From Octopus bimaculoides (Eukaryota): a stretch of DNA of 53,709 nt. Under the pieces are notes generated by a model that saw nothing but the letters and a program-made list of their open reading frames with translations, had not been told where the DNA came from and ran no database searches. Position numbers and translations under genes: made by a program. Of this stretch, positions 1-12,894 are shown in pieces. Every line of letters starts with the position of its first letter. Position 1 is the first letter of the stretch. Where the stretch lies: positions 125,452,822 through 125,506,530 of the forward strand of contig NC_068983.1 in NCBI RefSeq assembly GCF_001194135.2, in the 5' to 3' direction.

Positions 1-105
1 GCCAACGTACAGTTCTTCACAATTGGGGCATTTGGTGCATTAGATTAGATTTCTACATTTGCAGTTCATGTTCGCATTGGTGAATATATATATATAATAT
101 AAATA

Positions 106-144
<39 letters not shown>

Positions 145-229
145 TATATGCATACGTATATGTACATACATCTATACGCGTATATAAATATATGCATATG
201 TGTGCACGGGACGTCACGAAACGTGTACA

Positions 230-960
230 ACCGAAAATATGAAGTTCGAGTACATGGAATATAAACTATTCTTTTCGAAGAACGAAAGACACAAATAGAA
301 AACGAGACAAACAACACAAAGAACGACCCTTCATCAGTTGTTGGCTGTTTTTTCTACTCTCGTATTTGCAGCATTTAACAACAATATACGCTTTCGATAA
401 AACAATTGCTCCGCAAAGCAAATTAAATAACATTTGGGATTTTGCAAAGGAAGGAAGAAGGAGAGATAGTAAAGGGACGAATATTCCTTCTTTTCAGTAT
501 TTACTGACCTAACGATCGCCTACTACTACCAACCGTATCTTAAATTACTTCCTCCTCCTTTCCTTCTTGTCTTAAGCTTGACCTCCTAATCCTACACACA
601 TCTCTCATTCGATTCGGACTATCCTTTGAGCAAACAACGCACAGAGTATACTGGATACGATATGATATATATCCAGCTTTGTAACTACAATTATCTCCGG
701 AAAATACCCACAAGGAATCTTTACATGGATGTCTACTGTTGGAATGGAACTATATCCAAGTACTTTTTCTTCTCTGTTCTTTCTTCTACGCATCGCTCTC
801 ACTTCTTACTACAAATCTCCTCTTATAGATGTAATAATCCATTCTTCTACTTTCACCATCTCCGATGAAGGGATACATTGGATTTTCCTTGAAACAGCTG
901 TAAGACTTTATGCATAAAATATAATTATACCTTGGCCATTGGTGTCTTTATCTTATTCGT
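230..960 (+). mobile_element. Putative Penelope-like pseudo-LTR/UTR remnant carrying a hammerhead-like motif
   Basis: Non-coding block containing a minimal type I hammerhead-like fold at 859-905 and an inverted CTGATGAAGGG at ~327-337. Boundaries are approximate and the family assignment is inferred from the known association of minimal hammerheads with Penelope-like elements. Confidence 0.4.
859..905 (+). ncRNA. Minimal type I hammerhead ribozyme-like motif (family 1)
   Basis: TCT-CCGATGA-AGGGA(loop)TCCTT-GAAAC-AGCT-GTA-AGA. Stem I is TCT/AGA, stem II AGGGA/TCCTT, stem III the palindrome ACAGCTGT, and the cleavage triplet GUA. The core has a U4C variant. Confidence 0.55.
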
Positions 961-1112
961 TCTTTATATATACACACACGCTAATTATACGACCCATGTT
1001 ATATTCCCCACTCATGTTGCAACCACGTCAGGAGCAATCTAGTCGGTATACAGCACTTACTCGGTATTACCTGTATCTTTAGGGTCTGGTCGACTCCAAT
1101 ACCCTTCATAAC

Positions 1113-1166
<54 letters not shown>

Positions 1167-1174
1167 ATTAATAG

Positions 1175-2140
1175 AAAGTGGAGCACCTCAGGGAACTGTA
1201 TTGAGGCCATTACTATTCATAGTGGCCCTTTCAGACATGCCATCATTTATTCAGATAGCCATACTTACTAGCTATGCGGACGACACAAGAGTAGTACAAT
1301 CAGTTAAGGGAAATTCTGATTCTAATGTTCTACAGAAAGACCTAAATGCCATATGTAAATGGGTTGAGGAGAACAACGTGAAATTTAATGCAGGCAAGTT
1401 CTATAGCCCTCCGCTCATAGCTGATTGGTACACAGAAGTCACAACGATACTTTCGAACTAAAGGAGCGAATAACCTAGAATCACATACGGTGCGTGACAT
1501 GGCATTGATATGAGCAACAATACCTCGTTTCACCGGAATGGCCGGATGTGTTCTGATAACCTTCAAGAACTATGCTGGTCCAATGTAGGATATTTTTGCT
1601 CAGCCGTCTGGATAACTGCTCTCACCTATGGTCACTCTACACTGTAGGATTAATAGCAGAACTTTAGGCGGTTCCACCATACAAGACAAGAAAGATTGCA
1701 TTAATAGAACAACTGAGTTACGGGGAGACACTGAAACAGCTACGACTCTACTCCCCGGAGCAAAGAATAGGGAGGTACGCAATGATATAGTGTATGGAAG
1801 ATACTGGAGGGGTTGCCATCAAACTCGGAAATTGAGAATTACACCAGATCTTGAAATGGACGTCACTGCACTGTTCCAAAAGTCTCTGGTATCTCATCTA
1901 AGGCAATGAACATGTACTGAAATAGCTTGGAATGCAAGGGCCCACAGCTATTTAACTCCTTGCCAAGACATCTGAGGAATATCCATGGAGTGGGAGTAGA
2001 TATTTGGAAGAAACAACTTGACCTCTCACTGCCCAAAATCTCAGATGAATCAATATCAAATCAGGAAACTCAGAAGAGCTAAAAAAGCGAGACCCACAGT
2101 ATTGGCCAATTAAACGGTGATTACCATGGCGGTGTCCCAG
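1175..2140 (+). mobile_element. 5'-truncated, frameshifted LINE RT 3' fragment (CR1/L2-like group)
   Basis: ORF 1153-1461 contains SGAPQGTVLRPLLF and SYADDT (RT motifs B' and C). Decayed downstream frames resemble the LINE C-terminus (KGPQLFNSLPRHLRNIHGV). Confidence 0.85.
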
Positions 2141-2571
2141 CGAGAGAGAAGGAAGAGGGAGAGAGAGACAACTGTTCCGTTATAGGAAAGAGTAACAATT
2201 CTATGTGACACATTTTACCAGTAACTGAATTTCATAGTGTTTAGTTAAAAAGAAATAGTTAAAAACTCTGCCAGTCAAATTGACTAGATCCCAATACAGA
2301 GAACAGTGGCACAGACAACAGTGAACCACACCACAGCATGTGGTTATCACGGTAACAAACTGCTAATGTCACACTGTCTGTTGATTGGCAAAATTACCCA
2401 AATTTCCCAACTTTAATACCAAATAACATCAGATTCTTTAATTTACGAGATAAAGTAATTGGTTGAACATAATCAAGATTCAAAGTTGCATCGATACACC
2501 ACAATTGAAAGCATTCTGAACAAAATTAAGTGAGACTCATTTTGCGAATGAGGAAGATTAGATCCATATAT

Positions 2572-2616
2572 NNNNNNNNNNNNNNNNNNNNNNNNNNNNN
2601 NNNNNNNNNNNNNNNN
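2572..2616. other. Assembly gap (N). Other gaps: 13879-14413, 15160-16117, 23928-24538, 43506-43562
   Basis: Runs of N, each flanked by (TA)n, (GA)n or (CT)n arrays. ORFs crossing them are artefacts. Confidence 0.99.
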
Positions 2617-3078
2617 TATATTGAAAGAGAGAGAGAGAGAGAAAGATAGATTGATAGATAGATAGATAGATAGATACGCACACACACATACGCCCACACA
2701 TACACACCCACACACCCACACCCACACCCACACACACACACATATATATATATACATGTATACACACATACACTCGTACACATATATATACGCTCACACA
2801 GACGTACATGCTTAGGATGCATTATTAAACAATTACAATATTAAAATTAAAATTTGAAAGGTGAAAGTAATAAAGGTTGTTGGATATTACCTGAGGAGTG
2901 TTCGGTATATGTACAGTGTGGTGACTAAGTTTGCATCTAGATTTCTGGTAAAATTTGAAGGTATGAAATAAGCGGTGCTTGCATGTGCTCAGAGCCTCAT
3001 TATACTTATTTAGAAGTATTGAAGTGGTATGTTATAATATGTGGAATGCTTTTTTAGGCATAGCTTACAGGCTGGTAC

Positions 3079-3118
<40 letters not shown>

Positions 3119-3119
3119 G

Positions 3120-3186
<67 letters not shown>

Positions 3187-3254
3187 AAACATATACATAT
3201 ACGTATGTATAAATACACACACATATATATATACGTTATACACATATACATACA

Positions 3255-3525
3255 GGGATCAGTGGTTAGAGCGTCGGAATCTCAATCATGAGGAAGCGTG
3301 TTGAATTCCCAAACCGGTTTGTGTGCTGTGTTCTTGAGCAAGACACTTTATTTCACGTTGCTCCAGTTCACTCTGCGGTAGAAATGAGTTGAACTTCACT
3401 TCTTTCAGCCTGTACCATCCATTGTCTTTCCCGTGGATAACATCGGTGGCACGGAGAGGGGGTGCTGGTATGCATGGCCCACTCCTGGACTTCCATAAAT
3501 AACCTTGCGCGGATTTGTGTGTGAG
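3255..3525 (+). mobile_element. tRNA-derived SINE with V/CORE-like central domain (family B)
   Basis: A-box-like CAGTGGTTAGAGCG and B-box-like GAATTCCC, followed by TGTGTTCTTGAGCAAGACACTTTATTTCACGTTGCTCCAGTTCA. The homologous segment recurs inverted at 23080-23335. Confidence 0.7.
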
Positions 3526-3694
3526 TGCATGTGCGTCTGTGCTATCAGTATGTCGGTAATGTTACTACGGAATTTATGTGAAAATATATTTTTATATTTA
3601 TATATTTGTACATACATTCAATGAAACTATTTGGTTGGTCAATGTGTGGGTTTGATTTTTAAACTAAAAGATTACACAAATTTGAAACACAAAG

Positions 3695-4228
3695 TAATTT
3701 ATTTAATCAATGATATCATAAACGTTTCGCTCCAGCATCTTTTTTTACCTTGTGGGTATGTCCAGTATTCTGTGTTGAAAGATTTTTCTGTCTTTACTTG
3801 TGAAAAAACTTTTACATTTTTTTCTGTGTTGGACGTCTGTTCATTCAATGAATTTTGAATAGACCAAAACATGTCGAATTTGAAGCTGCAATTTAGGGAA
3901 AGTACGTTGGGCGCAGCAAAACTTTGTCTGCGAAGACTTGAGGTGTCTAGCATTGTCACGATGAATAACAATGACCTCACGATTAGTAAGTGCTGGGTGC
4001 TTTCTTGGATTAATGTGTTTAAGTTATCCAACTTGTCACAGTACGACTTGGAACTCAAGGCCTTGCCGAATGGGCATTAACTCGCAAAAGACAACACACT
4101 GTCAATCCAGCAGAATAAAAGCATATTCATCTTCAGTTGAAGTCTTACTTTGTGGTAGTTCGCCGCCCATCTCGTATTGCACTTCACATTTTTATAGACA
4201 ATCGATTTTTCGTACCTTGTGACATTCT
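3695..4228 (-). mobile_element. Degenerate mariner (Mos1-like) transposase catalytic-domain fragment
   Basis: Minus-strand frames give VTRYEKSIVYKNVK (ITGDEKW motif), KHPALTNREVIVIHRDNARH (HDNARPH motif) and QNSLNEQTSNTEKNVK, with stops and frameshifts. Confidence 0.75.
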
Positions 4229-4899
4229 CTTAAAAAAGTTATAAATCAAAATAAGTCATAAATCAAAATAGATGGATTTCAAACTCAGTTTGAATATTTA
4301 AGGAACATATGCGATCATACAGGTCGTATAACGAGGGCTGTTGTAGCAATTAATCTCAATTGGTTGATTAGAACGTAGTGGATCTTGATTCGAAAAATCT
4401 GCAGAACCACTTCATCGTTTACTTACTGTTTCTAAAATAATAAAAAAAAAGCACTACGTGTTTTGTTTCCCAATTTTCAGGGTGATTCGAAACACACAAA
4501 ATAAAACCTGTCCTGTCGTAATGTGGCGTCCAACTACGTCGATATTTCAAGTATGTACTTTAGGTTCTCATGCACAAGAGACGGACTATAGTTACTTATG
4601 AGCGTGCTTGAAGTTTAGTGTCCCGAATAATCAAACGTCCTTTCTGGCGAACCAAATATTTGTGCCTTTATTCGAGAAAAAGCATAAACATATATAAAAA
4701 TTTAACGTATTTTAGCTTTTCTGCAAAGTTTTCACGTTTCTATCTATCTGTCTGACTATGTATGTATGTATAGGTTATAAACATACACACATTGACAACG
4801 TGAAACATCTTTCCGCTTACAAATCTCTCACTACATATTTTCTTAGATGTTTATACAGGAGAGGCGTAGTCAATCTCCCGGAATGCACTTCATGCATAA

Positions 4900-5520
4900 T
4901 CCTTAGGCATGTTGGAGTCCAAGAGTTTAATGGTACATGTTTCTAATGGTTTGTATCTACGAGTATTATTTGTGGCAGTAGCACTTAGTTTAGCAATGAA
5001 AATTTATTATTATTTCTCTTGAATGGAATGCGACTGAAAACTCTATCCTCTGTAGCTCATTTAATTAAATGTTAGTTAGCTCTCGACAGTTGTTCACAGT
5101 TTGCGAATATGTTAGAGAAACGTGTATCTGCAGCATACTTAGTCGTCGGTATATTACACCCAGGATACCAAAGGGATTAGAAATTTGAAATTGTGTCTGA
5201 TCTTTCAGTTAGTTGGATCAAGTAATTTTGTGGTGTTGGATGATTTGTCCTTGTCATTAACGCAGGTGCAAAAGCACTGAGGGGATAATTGCGGTGTGTG
5301 TGTGTACAATGTGCACTAAACATTGAGTAGACGTCATGATGTAAGCATTTTGATATACAGTGCAAATCATCATGATACATGTAACTCTTTTTCAATCTTT
5401 GGATAGCTTCCAGCCCTCCATGTCACTGACTTTTTCTCGACTTCAACTTCAATGTTTATGTCTTACAAAGGTGTTGATTTGCCATCAATTTATCAAGTGT
5501 TCCTGGATAATCAACAAATT
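4900..5520 (-). mobile_element. Highly decayed CR1/L2-like LINE 3' fragment
   Basis: Residual LEAIQR and NTFVRH motifs resemble the C-terminal region of the LINE at 1175-2140. Confidence 0.35.
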
Positions 5521-5544
5521 TAATTCACAGATTTGGTATTTGAG

Positions 5545-5620
<76 letters not shown>

Positions 5621-6029
5621 AATAGCGTAGGCAGCTATACGCAATACAAAACCCAAAAAGGAAAACTTCAATCGTCGATAATTGCGACTTAGAGTTCTGG
5701 TTACTACTTATATTGATAGAAATATGCGTTAAAACATTTTTGGTTTTATATTGCGTACAGCTGCCCACGTTATTTTGTAATTTTCACATTAGTATTTCGC
5801 TACATCAACATTAATCTATATGGTAAATATATATACCGTTTGGATTGAATTTTTCTTTTATGTATGTCATTGTTCAGTTTCATTTCTAGATTTCTTGCCA
5901 ACAGAAAAAGAGCCGGTTTCTAGCCTAGATTCAAGGCTCCTTCATTGGAATGTCTACATCAAAACAAAGTATTTTTGTATGTATGTATGCATATATATAT
6001 GTATGTGTGTATGCATGCATATGTGAATT

Positions 6030-7230
6030 TGTTTTATTGCCAAGAAGGGCCCAACGAAGAGGGAACATACACAAACATGTGGGGTCATAAAAAATATAAA
6101 AAACAAAAGCGTGTGATATGAAGATGAAAATGATAAATGGAAATGAGCTACCACAGGCTGGGTCACTTACTTCCTTTAATTCTTTCGTTCAAGGGCATGC
6201 CGATGCCGTATTTTTTAGTTAGTTCATCATGTCTCATATTCTCTAGTATATCTTCTATATTATAGTCAATTCTCCAACATGAACAGCCACCCTTGTGTTC
6301 GTGTATTTCCTTCAATCTATTCTTAAGCACTGTAAAACTTTTGTGCCATGATTTTCCTTCTGAGTTCATTCGTTTTATGTCCTTCCTCTTTGCTATTTTA
6401 CTTAACAGGTCTGCATCAACTTCTTTAAACATTATAACTAAATAACAATTGAGAGGGGAGGTTTGTGGTTTCGTGTGTGTCTGCACTTTTTTTATTTTCA
6501 TTCTTTGTCGGGAGGGAATAGGTGTGTGTTTGCAGGGGGAGAGTTGGGCTGAGAGGGTATGGGTGGGATGAGTGTGGGTTGGGGTTTCTGTTCATCTTGA
6601 CTGCTTTTTCCCCTTTCTCTGCTTCACCACTTTCCCCGTTTCTTCCTCCTTCTCTGCTATTTCTTCGACCTTTTCTGCTTCCTCCCGTTTTTTCTTTCGG
6701 CTTTGTTTCTTTTTCTCGGGGCAATTTGCTTTGATGTGGCCCTTTTTGTCACCTTTGAAACAGCGATGGATTCTACCCTCCACCCATATTCTCAACACCA
6801 CTTCGCCTGTTGTTATGGTCTCTGACACTTTTTCCAAATATTCCGTAGTGCACTGAATTATGACTTCGAGAGTCTTACTTTGCCAGTTCGTAGCTTCTGT
6901 CTCAATGGCCTGAATGACTGTCACTTCCTCTTCGCTTCCCAGAAGCACTGCTGCCGCCACCACCCAAGCCAGGTCTATTTCCTCAGATTCTTCACATTTA
7001 CCTCCTTTTTATAGATTCCCGTGGTTTCAGCGAAGGTCTTCCCTTCCAAATGCCTGTCCATTTTCTGCACCGCTCTCACGAGCTCCTCCTCCGATGATGA
7101 CAACTCAAATTTGCTGATATCTGAATATACCGAGTTAGTCGAGGAATATCTAGCCATCTTTCAAAGAGAGAAAGTACAACAGCCGAACCGCTGCAAAGCA
7201 GCACACAATAGAAATACACGAATCCAACAC
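6030..7230 (-). mobile_element. L1/Tx1-like ORF1 (gag-like) retroelement relic
   Basis: Consecutive broken ORFs 6975-7157, 6592-6963 and 6163-6501. They contain a degenerate CCHC zinc knuckle (CFKGDKKGHIKANC) followed by a Lys/Glu-rich coil. No RT is seen. Confidence 0.65.
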
Positions 7231-7421
7231 ATGATACTACGGACATATATGTATGCATGTGTGTATGTATATCAGCAGATTTGTATATTTTGCTTTATTT
7301 ATGTAATCTCATACCTATCGTTGCATATTTAGACATGCTCATATGTTTTAAATGATAAACTTCTGGAAATGTTTATAGATTTTTACAGTTCTAGTGGTGG
7401 ATTGAATTCATAGTCTTCGAA

Positions 7422-7690
7422 CTAGCTTTCTCCAACATCAGTTGGGCAGCTAATTTCTACAAGTGTATGCAGTTTCTCTTCTCTATTCCAAATCATTATA
7501 TCAGGTCTGTTGTGCTTACACTTTATTGAGGTCCTCACTGCGACATTCCACCAGTACTCCTTTTTATTATGAGTGGTTATGGTTTCTACCATACTGTGGG
7601 TTCTTAATTCCTTGTCCCCGGGGTTATCATCCTGGCGCATTTCATTATAGAGTATCTGAGCTACAACATCATGTCTCTGGAATGGTTTAC
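7422..7690 (-). mobile_element. RLE-type non-LTR retrotransposon fragment (R4/Dong-like)
   Basis: RHDVVAQILY...KEYWWNVAVRTSIKCKHNRPDIMIWNREEKLHTLVEISCP contains the PD...E restriction-like endonuclease motif. Confidence 0.8.
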
Positions 7691-8628
7691 AAATGTATAT
7701 CTGTACCAATATATACATACGTATATCCATACCTTCATACACAAGTAAAGTGAATTGGAGTGCCCCGGTATTAGCTTACAAATTTTCACTGAAAAGGCTA
7801 ATGGCTTCAATTTGGAAGATACAGATAAATTTGCCATTTTTTCTCGGAGAAAATCAGGATTTGTAGCCGTTTTTGCAGACATGTTGTAACGCATTCTAGT
7901 GCCAACTGATAATATGTCCAAAGGGAAATCTACAAATCACCATTATAGTTGTAAATGTCACATTACGTCACCTGAGAATGACTTATCATTTCAAATTCCC
8001 GATGAGAAACATATAAGCTTGTATGTCGCTGTGTGTGAGTGCATGCATGTTTGCTTGTATGTACATTTTATTAGAAAATGTACACATGTATATATGTGTC
8101 TATGTATATATGTTTGTTTGTGTGCATGTCTGTATACCGATAGAAATAGGTAGGTATGTAGGCATAATTGTAGCTAGGCATTCATAATCGAATTGTAAAT
8201 TCACAATCACAAAATTCCTGGTTGAATCTCATTGTGTGGCTTCTTATCTAATAGTGTTTTACTATAGCTTCGCATCGGTTAATGTATCTGTAAATGTCCT
8301 ATAAAAATGCATTTACTATTTAATAAAATTAACTATTTTGAATAGTATCGAAATTTCATCCCTAATTTTCTCACCTGACAAATAATTATAATAAGAAGAA
8401 ACATTATAGATGCATGCCACGTAGAAATTTTTAATAACTTAATATCAAACTGCTTACAACTGAGGATGTCGATATAGTTACACGTGTTTGTGAAGTGCTC
8501 AGTCGCATTGAAGTTACTTCAACTCACAAATATTTCAGTCGATAGAACGAGGAAATTGTTCGTGTCGAAACCGTCAAGTAGCTATTGTAGGTTATCTGCA
8601 TTTGAGTGCATGTATGTGCTTTTTATGA

Positions 8629-8682
<54 letters not shown>

Positions 8683-8719
8683 TCGCTTAGATCGTGTTGC
8701 ATGAATGTATGTTAAAATT

Positions 8720-9350
8720 TGTTGGAAATCTTTTTTTCTAAGGGGCCAGGTTGATGAGTTTCAGAAAATTAACCGAAGGCATGTACAGCTTAAAACACCA
8801 CTTGGTGCTCTTTTCCAAGTGGTGATTGATTTTACAGTCATACCATGGCCCATTGGAGCGGAGAGTTATTTTTTGCGAATATACATCCAGATATAAATAT
8901 TTTATCTGGAATTTGTTTGAGATATTTGTCCAAGACTCGTTAGGATGTTATGTGATCTTTCTCCTTCTCTCAAGTGGCTTGTCATGTTGTTAAAACAAAG
9001 CTGTGCCAGTAGAGGTGAACTAATGTCTTAATGACTCGGGCATGACTTTTGTAGATGACGAAGCCATAGCGAACAAACTTTGGGTTAACATTTATAGATG
9101 ATGCCAATATCATTTGCGCAGTGGTGTTGGCATGATTACCACAACATGCAAATGGTACAGCCCTTGCAACGGCATTGGATGAAATAAAATTTGAGTTTCT
9201 CGAGACTAACCCAGTGATCACTATATACCATGACTTTCTGTGATTAATTTCTGGTGTTCTTCAACTTTTATATTTTACTTTGTTTCGGAAGACCACAACA
9301 GAGAAAAGTATTCCAGTTGGGGATGTGTGAGGGTTGAGAAGCTGAGGATA
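8720..9350 (-). mobile_element. Decayed CR1/L2-like LINE 3' end
   Basis: Minus-strand remnants HPQLEYFSLLWS, SLEKLKFY and HCANDIG match the typical LINE RT C-terminal PHLEYCSxLWSP and LEKLKLYSL motifs. Confidence 0.6.
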
Positions 9351-9434
9351 ATGGTATGAGCTATGTGCGTGTGTGTCGGAGATGGTTTCATTATGTGCAT
9401 TTGTGTTTGTGCATGGTAATTTGCATATATATAT

Positions 9435-9474
<40 letters not shown>

Positions 9475-9593
9475 GCGTATGTATTTACGCATCTCTGACA
9501 ATCTATTTGTGTACTGCATACAGGAATATGAATTTTACTACTAAATTTATGGATAAACCAAATGCAGAGAGCGAGAGCTCACAAGTTAGCTAA

Positions 9594-9650
<57 letters not shown>

Positions 9651-10608
9651 GACAGATAGATAAATGGATATATAGATCGGTAGAGAGAGAGAAGGAGAGG
9701 TTAAAGGAGAGAGTGAGAGGGGTGTAGAAAGGGAAAGACAGGTAGAGGGAGAAAGGAAAAAGAGAAAGAAAAAAAAGCATCTTCACTTATAGTTAATGTA
9801 ACGTTAGATGTTTTCCATTTCTCTTCTTTACTTACTGCTAATCAGTCGTCATCTCTCCTGCCTACTTCTGGCACGGAGATTTGTTGTATACAAAGTCTTT
9901 GTTTAATCATTCACCTATGCAATGTCTTATATTTCATCTATTTTTGCTGCGTTGTTTCTAGAAGCTTGTCTGTCTATAAGTGTTCTTTGTTTGGAATATT
10001 AAAAGGAAGAAAGCTTTTTTTTTTTGCTTTCTCTTACAGTATTACATCAAATAAAACATGTATATCTCGTCTTTTAATTGATTTATACCCTTTCACCAAC
10101 TCTTCTAGTCCAGTGTATTTCGAGCAGTAGTAAGAAAGAATTTTTGATAATCGAAACGAAACCTCCAGACTAATTAAACATTATACGATAGACAGTTTGA
10201 TGTTTAGTATTTCACAGTAGTGAATAAATCGAAACGAAAACAGGCATCAATATGAAGTAATCAACATAATACTTCCGACGTATTTATAACCCATTGTTTG
10301 CATATCACAAATTTCGAAATCATTCAAGCGAAACTGGATTTTATTTTTGAATACGGTATGCGTTATCCAGCAGCCCCTAGCCCCTACAAACATAGTGTAA
10401 CAAGTTGACTTAGCTCTTTATGATGCTTAAATGGAGTAGATGTAGACAAGAAGAAAAAATACAATACGGGCTTCAAGTAAAGGAGGTATGGTCGTATTTT
10501 CTACAGGTACACGTAAAAGTATGTTCAGCTTCGTGTTGTTATTTAATATATGCAACATAACTTATATATTTTGAGTGCACCTTCCTTTCGTATTTTCACT
10601 CATTCGAA

Positions 10609-10687
<79 letters not shown>

Positions 10688-10854
10688 TTATTTACCTATC
10701 TATCTCTCTATCTAACTACCTGTCTGTCTGTCTGTCTCATGCGATTTGCATCGAAGTTTCGTCTAAGGACATTGAGGGACAATATGGTCCCTCATCTGAT
10801 GATGTCATTACGTGAGGTGCCATGCATTGAAAACACTGACGTCTGTGAAAAAGG

Positions 10855-11385
10855 AGAGAGCATATGTGCGCGACCTGCTGATCTCATGTCAAGATAAACA
10901 GCACATGACCATGCAGCTGGGACCTAGTTAGAATTTTCTTTACGTGCTGTAGCTCAATGGCCTGTAGCTCAATGTCCTGTAGCTCAATGTCCTGTAGCTC
11001 AATGGCCTGTAGCTCAATGTCCTGTAGCTCAATGTCCTGTAGCTCTTAAAATGACCCTAAATAACCTTTATTTAAGGATGATGAACGAAAGGCGCCCATG
11101 TTTCCAGGGGTGAATTATTCAAACCCCAAAGAATTCCTCTTAAAACATGGCTCTGATTATCACCCTTTACCACTGTTCGTGATCAGAGATGCACATATCG
11201 CCAACCAGCGTGGGACATGTTCAACTGGTAAAGATCAAATAAATGAGACGCAAATATGGTATTGAATATTTGGTGTAGTCCATCTTTCATACATAGACAA
11301 AACATGTATTTCATAACACTTACAATTAGATAAAATCAAAACCCATGAGAGCCACTGCCTACTACTGCATCAGAGCATTTGTCAT
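10855..11385 (-). mobile_element. Interspersed non-coding repeat (SINE-like family C), copy 1
   Basis: The reverse complement of 10862-10940 aligns at roughly 80% by eye with 29712-29790 (AAGAAAATTCTAA...CATATAT). Confidence 0.6.
10947..11045. repeat. 15-bp minisatellite CTGTAGCTCAATG(G/T)C, 6.6 units
   Basis: Six complete head-to-tail units plus a partial one, with variant order G,T,T,G,T,T. Confidence 0.95.
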
Positions 11386-11589
11386 TTGTATTAATATGCC
11401 AACATTTCTTTTCGTGTACGTACTTCTCATGTGTGTCACATTTACTTCAAAGGAAGAAGTGAGTGGCAAAGCGAGAGAATAGAGAATAGAGACGCAGTGA
11501 GAGAGAGAAAGAGAGTGAGAGAGAGAGAGAAACAGACAGACAGACGGCGTTCGTTTTGGGTTTTTGAATGTTTTTCAGACAGATCGAAA

Positions 11590-12165
11590 CAAAAATTGAT
11601 GCATAGATACATGAAGACATTGTTACATCAAAGACAAAAAGCTACAGCAAATATTGGATGTGACTTCCATTTTTCATTACCACATGAGGATAAAATTAAC
11701 TCGCAAGTGGCTGAGTACTCTATTAACGTAGTTCTCAGGGGAATTCAACTTCACACAGAATACGACAACGCTGGTTCCTTTCAATTAGAATGCACTACCC
11801 TAAGTCAGATACAGAACGACTTTAACTGCCAACAAAGAGATTGTCCGTAGACTTTTATAACTGGAACTAACAATGAATATTGCCACAATTGGCCTAAGCA
11901 CCTTACTGAAAAACTCTAATGGCTGAATGTTAAAACTTGTCTTAAAGCACGAAAACAAGAGAGTAACAAAACAGAAAATTAAATATCTAAATGAATTCCA
12001 AATACAACAAATCTCAGAATTAGACGTACTGGAAAAAAGCACAGAGAAAGATATGCGTATGGAAATACTCTTACTAATAAATGGCAAAAAAAAAAAATCT
12101 CTGAAAGACAAATATTCAAAGAGAGCTAATAATGCCGATGTTGAGAAAGAGGGAACTAGTCGATT
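11590..12165 (+). mobile_element. Possible decayed LINE ORF2 fragment (L1/Tx1-like, EN-RT linker region)
   Basis: Adjacent broken ORFs 11431-11850 and 11927-12172 encode K/E-rich helical sequence. No diagnostic catalytic motif is present. Confidence 0.3.
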
Positions 12166-12169
12166 GCAT

Positions 12170-12550
12170 TGACCCCAGTATTTCACTCATACTTAATTTA
12201 TCGGCCCCGAGAGGATAAAAGGCAAAGTCGACCTCGGCAGAATTTGAACCCACAATCTAGCGACAATCGAAATATCTCTAAGTCCGGCATACTAACGATT
12301 TTGTCACATCGCCGCCTTAAACAAAATAATAGCAAGGATTTCATTTTTTTTTCCCAGAAGAGCAGCTCGAGGAAGGGGATTAAGTCGAACACATTAACCC
12401 TCAGTTGCTAACTGGTACTTATTTAATCAATCTCGAAGGATGAAAGGTAAGGTCGACCTCGGCAGATGTGAACTCAGAACGTAGCAACGGGCGAAATACT
12501 GCTGAGAATATAGTCCGGCGTACTAACGATTCTACCAGCTCACCACCTTC
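12170..12550 (-). mobile_element. Two tandem tRNA-derived SINE copies (family A; 12170-12315 and 12370-12550)
   Basis: Both contain GTCGACCTCGGCAGA...GAAC and GTCCGGC.TACTAACGATT, the reverse complement of the full copy at 42160-42380. Confidence 0.8.
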
Positions 12551-12894
12551 AGCAGCAATAATATTAATGTACTTTTAAATATATGTGTGTGCATCCACAG
12601 GGCATATGTATTGTCCATTTGTGGCAGAACAAACTTTTACTGACAATACGAATATATTTGAAATCCTGGTGTAAGTAATACATAGTTCATATTTTTTTTA
12701 TTTGATTTTATAAGCTTAACCACATTTTTTGCATGATTACTGTTTAGAGATCAAAATTAATGCCCGTATTTATTCTGCTGGTTACTTTTGGGTAGGAAAA
12801 CTTACCTTCAAATAGTTTTTGATGGTAGAAATCTGTTCCTGACGTATACACACACGCGCATCCCAACCCCCGCACACGCACTTACGTACCTATA

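Noticed and set aside
300-400. Minus-strand permuted hammerhead (GAAAGCGTA...CAACAACTGATGA)
   Set aside because: Stem II and stem III pairings could not be built convincingly.
3699-4058. 119-aa ORF with a possible splice donor at ~3749 as a host exon
   Set aside because: Neighbouring frames give mariner transposase motifs, so it is a frameshifted TE relic.
7770-7900. Possible minus-strand exon (GTRMRYNMSAKTATNPDF...)
   Set aside because: It is short, has no recognisable homology and a weak acceptor.
10039-10128. Possible 90-nt host exon with a strong polypyrimidine acceptor and GTAAGA donor
   Set aside because: The peptide is unrecognisable and no partner exons were found. Such signals arise by chance in AT-rich DNA, so RNA-seq would be needed.
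10947-11045. CRISPR-like array
   Set aside because: The units are contiguous with no spacers, there are no cas genes, and the context is eukaryotic.
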